A DNA stretch of 64,000 nt from Desulfurococcaceae archaeon (GTDB lineage Archaea; Thermoproteota; Thermoprotei_A; Sulfolobales; Desulfurococcaceae). The stretch is taken from assembly GCA_038888155.1 (NCBI GenBank), contig JAWAJB010000003.1:96001-160000 (forward strand), given 5' to 3'. The position numbers and the translations under genes are program-made. Shown in pieces: positions 59,578 to 64,000 of the stretch (position 1 is the first letter of the stretch; every line of letters starts with the position of its first letter). The notes beneath the pieces are model-generated. The model saw only the letters and a list, made by a program, of their open reading frames with translations, did no database searches and had not been told where the DNA came from.

Positions 59578-60283
59578 CGTAAGCAAATACTTCCAACCGC
59601 TAAAGCTGTATGCGCCAGCATACTCTGCTCTGCTTTTATATTCAGCTTTGATCTCGGTATTCTACTTCTATAAAGCCCAACTTATTCCACAATACCTCGC
59701 TATAGCGGTTTTATTTGCCCTACTCAACGCAGTGATGGCGCTTAGGAAGTTAATAGCACACTATATCCCAGTAACCCTCTACACCCTAACCGCGCTTGTC
59801 TACATGCTGTCCTCTCAAATGCTTGGAGGATTAGAGGGACTGCTTGAGGACGCAGTTGATGCGCTTCTCATCATAACGTTATTATTCACTTACGCCTACT
59901 GCAATTATCCAAGAGACCTGCAAGGAGCAATTCGACTGTACATTCCATTTATAGTGCTAGTTTCAACAATCATAGGCATTTACTTAGGCGTTGAGCGCCC
60001 CCTCCGGTTCTCGCTTCTAACGCTTATTGACTTGCTTGCATCTATTGCTGTATCTTTAGATAGCAGAGCCCCCCTTAGGTACGCATCCCCCCTGCTTTTC
60101 TTCTTTTTGCTCTACACCTCACCAATTGTAAATGTTAAGGCAGCCTCCCTAATTCTGTTCTCGCTACTTCACCTAACTAGAAACAAGTTGATATTAAGCA
60201 ACAGTCATAAACACATTAATTATGCAAACGCCGTTCTCAGCCTAGACTTATTGATTAAACCTATAGCGGTGTCACTGATATGA
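59558..60283 (+). CDS. Polytopic membrane protein
   Basis: Almost wholly hydrophobic; overlaps both neighbours. Confidence 0.7.
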   Translation: MSQLQSSVSKYFQPLKLYAPAYSALLLYSALISVFYFYKAQLIPQYLAIAVLFALLNAVMALRKLIAHYIPVTLYTLTALVYMLSSQMLGGLEGLLEDAVDALLIITLLFTYAYCNYPRDLQGAIRLYIPFIVLVSTIIGIYLGVERPLRFSLLTLIDLLASIAVSLDSRAPLRYASPLLFFFLLYTSPIVNVKAASLILFSLLHLTRNKLILSNSHKHINYANAVLSLDLLIKPIAVSLI

Positions 60284-60969
60284 ACACGCGCCTCTTCATT
60301 GTAGGCGTAGATGTAGTTATCATCTCAGCGCTACTAGCCCTCTACGGGTTAGCAGCAGGCGATCAGGGCCTTGTGGGAATAGGCACATCGATAGGTGTAG
60401 CAGGGAGCGTACTAGTTGCTTATAGCACCACTCCTAAGGAGCCTGTGCTCGGGGCAGTCCTCAGCTACACATCTATGCTAGCACACGCTGTTACAGCAGT
60501 AGCGGAAGACCTGGACCTCTTGAACAGCCGAGTATGCGCACACAATACGCCTTCCCTTGCTCTGATTTCATTCTCAAAATCTAAGTGCCCCAATAACCCT
60601 AACCCGGGTATAGGCCTCGCCGAAGGGTCCCCGTACATCTCAATTCCTGTCAGCGTGTTCCAAGAGGTAGGGGAACTAGAAGAGAGGAATGCACAAAACT
60701 TCGAGGAATCTCTCAACTCGCTACTAGTTGACGAACTTGGCGTGTGCAGTGCTGTTAGAGTTGAGCAGAGAGGAGATCTATTCATTGTTGACTTACTTGG
60801 TATATCGAAGCTACTAGCTGAGTACAGTAAGTATCCAGTAGACCCCGCTGCCCTCCTCTTGCTAGCTATTACTGCAAAGATAATGGGTGAATGTAGAGTA
60901 CACCTAGTTGAAAAAGAGTCAGCGCCAACGCATGAAAGGTTTGTAATAAGGGTGGAGGAAATTGCCTAG
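60280..60969 (+). CDS. Membrane-anchored hypothetical protein (2 TM + soluble domain)
   Basis: ATGA overlap with the upstream gene; N-terminal hairpin TMs. Confidence 0.75.
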   Translation: MNTRLFIVGVDVVIISALLALYGLAAGDQGLVGIGTSIGVAGSVLVAYSTTPKEPVLGAVLSYTSMLAHAVTAVAEDLDLLNSRVCAHNTPSLALISFSKSKCPNNPNPGIGLAEGSPYISIPVSVFQEVGELEERNAQNFEESLNSLLVDELGVCSAVRVEQRGDLFIVDLLGISKLLAEYSKYPVDPAALLLLAITAKIMGECRVHLVEKESAPTHERFVIRVEEIA

Positions 60970-61213
60970 AAGACAAGAGCTCTTGCCGTTTATCTACGTC
61001 CTGCTAGTAACTTCAATGAATATCTCTCTTTATACACTAGGTGAAAAGAGAGTTGACGCATACCTTGCATTAAATGTGCTGTTGTACTTTATTTCCTACG
61101 CAGTAGTTAGGCCATTTTATGCTGCGCCTCTCTTAGTTAAGGCGTTAAACGCTTCACTTTTGCTCGTATTTGCACTCATAGTGGCTTTCAGAGTTTACGA
61201 GGTGCTGTTCTAG
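60962..61213 (+). CDS. Small 3-TM membrane protein
   Basis: Hydrophobic, operonic overlaps, GGTGGAGG RBS. Confidence 0.7.
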   Translation: MPRRQELLPFIYVLLVTSMNISLYTLGEKRVDAYLALNVLLYFISYAVVRPFYAAPLLVKALNASLLLVFALIVAFRVYEVLF

Positions 61214-62958
61214 TGAAGAGAAGGTTTTACATGCTTGTAGCGTTGCTCATGCTGGCAGCCTACCAAGTGCAAGCTCCTGCACTTAGCTCTTCAAGCAACA
61301 CTGACTGCCTCTACCTACTTGAACTTATGGATATAGTGTTAGATTACGCAATTAAGGGAGACACTAATGGTGAGTTAATGTCTCATTACCTCCTAGAATC
61401 TGCAGTACCTACTGAACTTAGGAGCCTACACGTTAATGCATACAGAGCAGTCCTCAACTACTACAGCATTTTGCGCGGAGTTGAAGGGAGCTTAAGCACT
61501 TCACTGCCGCGCCTTGCTCAAGTGAACCTAGAGCACATTGAGAGTTACGCTAATAGGCTTGCTGGGTGCAGCCGCGATAGAGAGGGGGCAAGAGCCATTC
61601 TCGCCTCTATAAACTCGAAGATCCGCAGGCTGGAAGAATTCGCGTTTCAAATAACTAAATTCCACTATGTAAATCAAACAGGTGAAGGCTACTACATACT
61701 TCAGCTCAAAGACTTGTACCTCCCCTATGAGGCAGTTGAGCTCGTTGTCTCCAAGGAACTTCAGCCCGGTTCGGTTGAGGTGTACACTTATCCAGACCAC
61801 GTTAAAATATCTGACTTTAAGCCCGCTGAAATTAATGAAACGCACTGCAAATTTACAGTAGATCTCCCCTCGGCATTTACTATTGAGATGTTGCACTCAA
61901 CAATTGCACAAGAGGTCCCTCTCGCCCTTTACTTGAGGCTAGTGAACGGCTCGTATAGACCTGTCGCGCTACTAAAAGTCCAGTACGGATTGCCGAACAT
62001 CCAGCTGGACTTCCCTAGGGCAATCAAGTACAGCGAACCGCTAAATATCACTTTAGTTTCAGACAGGCTCTACAACGCAACTCTGTACTTCAACAACTTT
62101 AAGTTTGCCGCTATGCTGCTTAGGCCAGGCATGACGCACATCTCGCTAGATTACTCTTCACTAAACTATACCTTTGGGTTGAACAGAGTCAAGCTATGTG
62201 TAAATGCTACGCGAGAAACGCTATCGAGGTGTTTCGATAGACCAGTCTACATAGAGCCCCTATATCCGCGCGTAAAAGTAGTTGCTGAAAACGTGTCTAT
62301 TGCTTGGCTAGGCTATGCAGCTCTGCTAATTAGGAACGAGGACGCAGGTGATGTGCGCGTAACTGTGATCGACTTAAGCCCAAAAACTTTATTCTTAGCT
62401 GGTGGCGAGATGCAAGAGGTAGAGATATACAGCGGCTTTTTGCCTATACAGGTAGTAAATCTTAGAGTTGTAGTTGAGCCGACTAATGAGGTATACAGCA
62501 CTTTAGAACAAAGCTTGAGCGTAATCGCTATTAATGTCCCGGCTTTAATTCTCCTCACTGTAGCATCCGTTTTAGTTGTGCCCTCAGTAGCGGGGCATGA
62601 AAGGAGCTTTACCCTAGCATTTACTTCAGCCTTGGGGAAGGCACAGAGGGCTTCTCCCAGCACGAAAGCGCCATTAAAGAGCGGTATTTTAAAGCCGCAC
62701 GAGCTGGGCCTAAATTCGCGGATAGCAGAGCTCTACTACACTCTACTAAGAAAGCTAAAGCTAAGGCTGCCCCTTTTGAGCGAAACCCTTAGGGAACACT
62801 ACACAGCTACACTAGGGCTTACACCTGAAAAACTTAGAGAGAAGCTGTGGAGACTTCTACTGCTCGTAGAGAGAGACCTCTACTCAAGCAAAAAACCCGC
62901 GTATAAAGAAGCTGAAGGGCTATACAGTGGTGTCCTAGATGCTACTACCGAGAATTAA
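61213..62958 (+). CDS. Secreted/membrane protein with C-terminal DUF4129-like domain
   Basis: Signal peptide MKRRFYMLV..., large extracellular region with several NxS/T sequons, TM, then ELYY...SETLREH...VERDLYS. Confidence 0.7.
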   Translation: MKRRFYMLVALLMLAAYQVQAPALSSSSNTDCLYLLELMDIVLDYAIKGDTNGELMSHYLLESAVPTELRSLHVNAYRAVLNYYSILRGVEGSLSTSLPRLAQVNLEHIESYANRLAGCSRDREGARAILASINSKIRRLEEFAFQITKFHYVNQTGEGYYILQLKDLYLPYEAVELVVSKELQPGSVEVYTYPDHVKISDFKPAEINETHCKFTVDLPSAFTIEMLHSTIAQEVPLALYLRLVNGSYRPVALLKVQYGLPNIQLDFPRAIKYSEPLNITLVSDRLYNATLYFNNFKFAAMLLRPGMTHISLDYSSLNYTFGLNRVKLCVNATRETLSRCFDRPVYIEPLYPRVKVVAENVSIAWLGYAALLIRNEDAGDVRVTVIDLSPKTLFLAGGEMQEVEIYSGFLPIQVVNLRVVVEPTNEVYSTLEQSLSVIAINVPALILLTVASVLVVPSVAGHERSFTLAFTSALGKAQRASPSTKAPLKSGILKPHELGLNSRIAELYYTLLRKLKLRLPLLSETLREHYTATLGLTPEKLREKLWRLLLLVERDLYSSKKPAYKEAEGLYSGVLDATTEN

Positions 62959-63781
62959 GGCCTATACGCTATTTATTGCGCTCGGAGCTCTAGTTGGGCT
63001 GTTTACACTAATCTCTCTGCCGTCAACTGTGCCCTACAGCGTGGCTAATCGGGGACCCAGCGGGCTTTATACTCTACGTACATTGTTGAATGCTGAAGTA
63101 CTGTACTCACTAGACGGACTGGAAAGCTTCAGCAGCAAGAGCACGCTGTTGATCTCAGCTCGCTCTAAGCCTATTGGCGAGGCTCAAAAACTGCTCAACT
63201 TCGTAATGGAGGGGGGAACGGCCCTGATTTACGGATCACCAGAAAACGTTATTAACTTGCTCAGGGAGATGGGCATATACACGAGCTTCAGGGGATACGT
63301 TCGGGACATAGTATTCAACGTTGAAGGCAACTTAAACACTGTCGTAGCATATAATACTAGGTACACGAGGGTTGTTTTTAAAAATCCCTATACGCTCGGC
63401 GTGGATTTCAGCGAAGAGGGTATAGCTGCGTGGAGCAGCGTATTTTCACACGTCGATATAAATGGAAACGGCGCGTACGATCTAGGTGAGCCGATAGGCA
63501 TGTTTCCACTTGGTTTAGAGATTGCCTATGGTTCCGGTAAAATAGTGGCCTTGTTTACTGAGCAGCTACTGGAAAATGATGTCTTAGATTATAACCTAGA
63601 GCTTATTACCGCAGAATGTGAAAACAAGAGAGCATTAATAGATCAGTCTGAGGTAGCGCTCTACCCAATGGAGGCTCTAAGGGCTTACTTTGTGCACAGT
63701 ATGCCCCCCGCTAATGCACATTTAGTTTTAGTCCTAGTAGCAATACTCTCTACGGTTGCGTACTATGCAACTAAGAGATGA
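62939..63781 (+). CDS. DUF4350-like membrane-anchored protein
   Basis: N-terminal TM, PYS..N.G.SGL, FV..GG..LI, G.GKIV, N; D.NGNG.YD loop; C-terminal TM + KR. Confidence 0.7.
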   Translation: MLLPRIKAYTLFIALGALVGLFTLISLPSTVPYSVANRGPSGLYTLRTLLNAEVLYSLDGLESFSSKSTLLISARSKPIGEAQKLLNFVMEGGTALIYGSPENVINLLREMGIYTSFRGYVRDIVFNVEGNLNTVVAYNTRYTRVVFKNPYTLGVDFSEEGIAAWSSVFSHVDINGNGAYDLGEPIGMFPLGLEIAYGSGKIVALFTEQLLENDVLDYNLELITAECENKRALIDQSEVALYPMEALRAYFVHSMPPANAHLVLVLVAILSTVAYYATKR

Positions 63782-64000
63782 AGCTCTAAAGTATGGAGCC
63801 CTAGTTGTGGAAGTTGCTGGTTGTTTAGCTGCTTATACCCTCGCTGGCTACCCTACTCTAGTTCTGTTGCCCTTTCCAGCTCTACTACTAGTGGGAAACC
63901 CGCACATATGGCTTATATCCTCGCTATCCTATTGTTTTCTACTTTCAACGCTTTTAGATCAACCGGTATTGAACCTACTTGCAGTGCTATTAGCATCTGC
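63765..64000 (+). CDS. Partial hydrophobic ORF running off the right edge (possibly the DUF58 partner of MoxR)
   Basis: ATG at 63765 overlapping the previous stop; open to the end: MQLRDEALKYGALVVEVAGCLAAYTLAGYPTLVLLPFP...; the DUF58 identity is inferred from context only. Confidence 0.6.
   Translation, partial: MQLRDEALKYGALVVEVAGCLAAYTLAGYPTLVLLPFPALLLVGNPHIWLISSLSYCFLLSTLLDQPVLNLLAVLLAS

Noticed and set aside
387-62663. Numerous short ORFs antisense to or nested in recognised genes (e.g. 387-623, 4173-4601, 10283-10666, 23857-24138, 34217-34978, 50687-51166)
   Set aside because: Shadow frames of well-supported genes; Ser/Thr/Pro-rich, no motifs
1-64000. CRISPR arrays, cas genes, integrases, inteins (rtcB, polB), rRNA, tRNA introns
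   Set aside because: No regularly spaced repeats or such genes seen; RtcB and PolB have intein-free lengths; the tRNA-Arg is uninterrupted

Overview
A 64 kb archaeal chromosome segment, almost certainly from a hyperthermophilic crenarchaeon (Thermoproteota, probably Desulfurococcaceae). This is judged from a PolB3-type polymerase, a structural-type EndA subunit, two proteasome beta paralogues, SmAP-rpl37e, EgsA, IPK, GGTG ribosome-binding sites and frequent GTG/TTG starts. Positions 1-24.6 kb and 35.5-51.6 kb are dense housekeeping genes (gdhA, dph5, cysS, valS, hisS, rtcB, rtcA, aCPSF1, dnaG, polB, pelota). Positions 24.9-35.4 kb are a low-density accessory region beside tRNA-Arg(TCG), holding an orphan methyltransferase, glycosyltransferases (one a pseudogene), a permease, thrC and a flavodoxin. 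Positions 51.7-64 kb hold the most interesting locus, two divergent operons. One encodes a Dol-P-sugar-synthase-like GT2, two FtsX-like permeases, a GT-C-like membrane protein and an ABC ATPase. The other encodes an exosortase/archaeosortase-EpsI fusion, MoxR, three small membrane proteins, and DUF4129- and DUF4350-like proteins. Together they look like an uncharacterised surface-protein sorting and glycosylation system. Features missing from the ORF track include the SRP RNA (with an apparently reduced Alu domain), a clear box C/D guide RNA predicted to 2'-O-methylate wobble C34 of tRNA-Val(CAC), and a 2x[4Fe-4S] ferredoxin with no canonical start codon. A short annotated ORF looks like a catalytically dead AdoMetDC homologue. 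All family assignments are by motif recognition; no database search was run.
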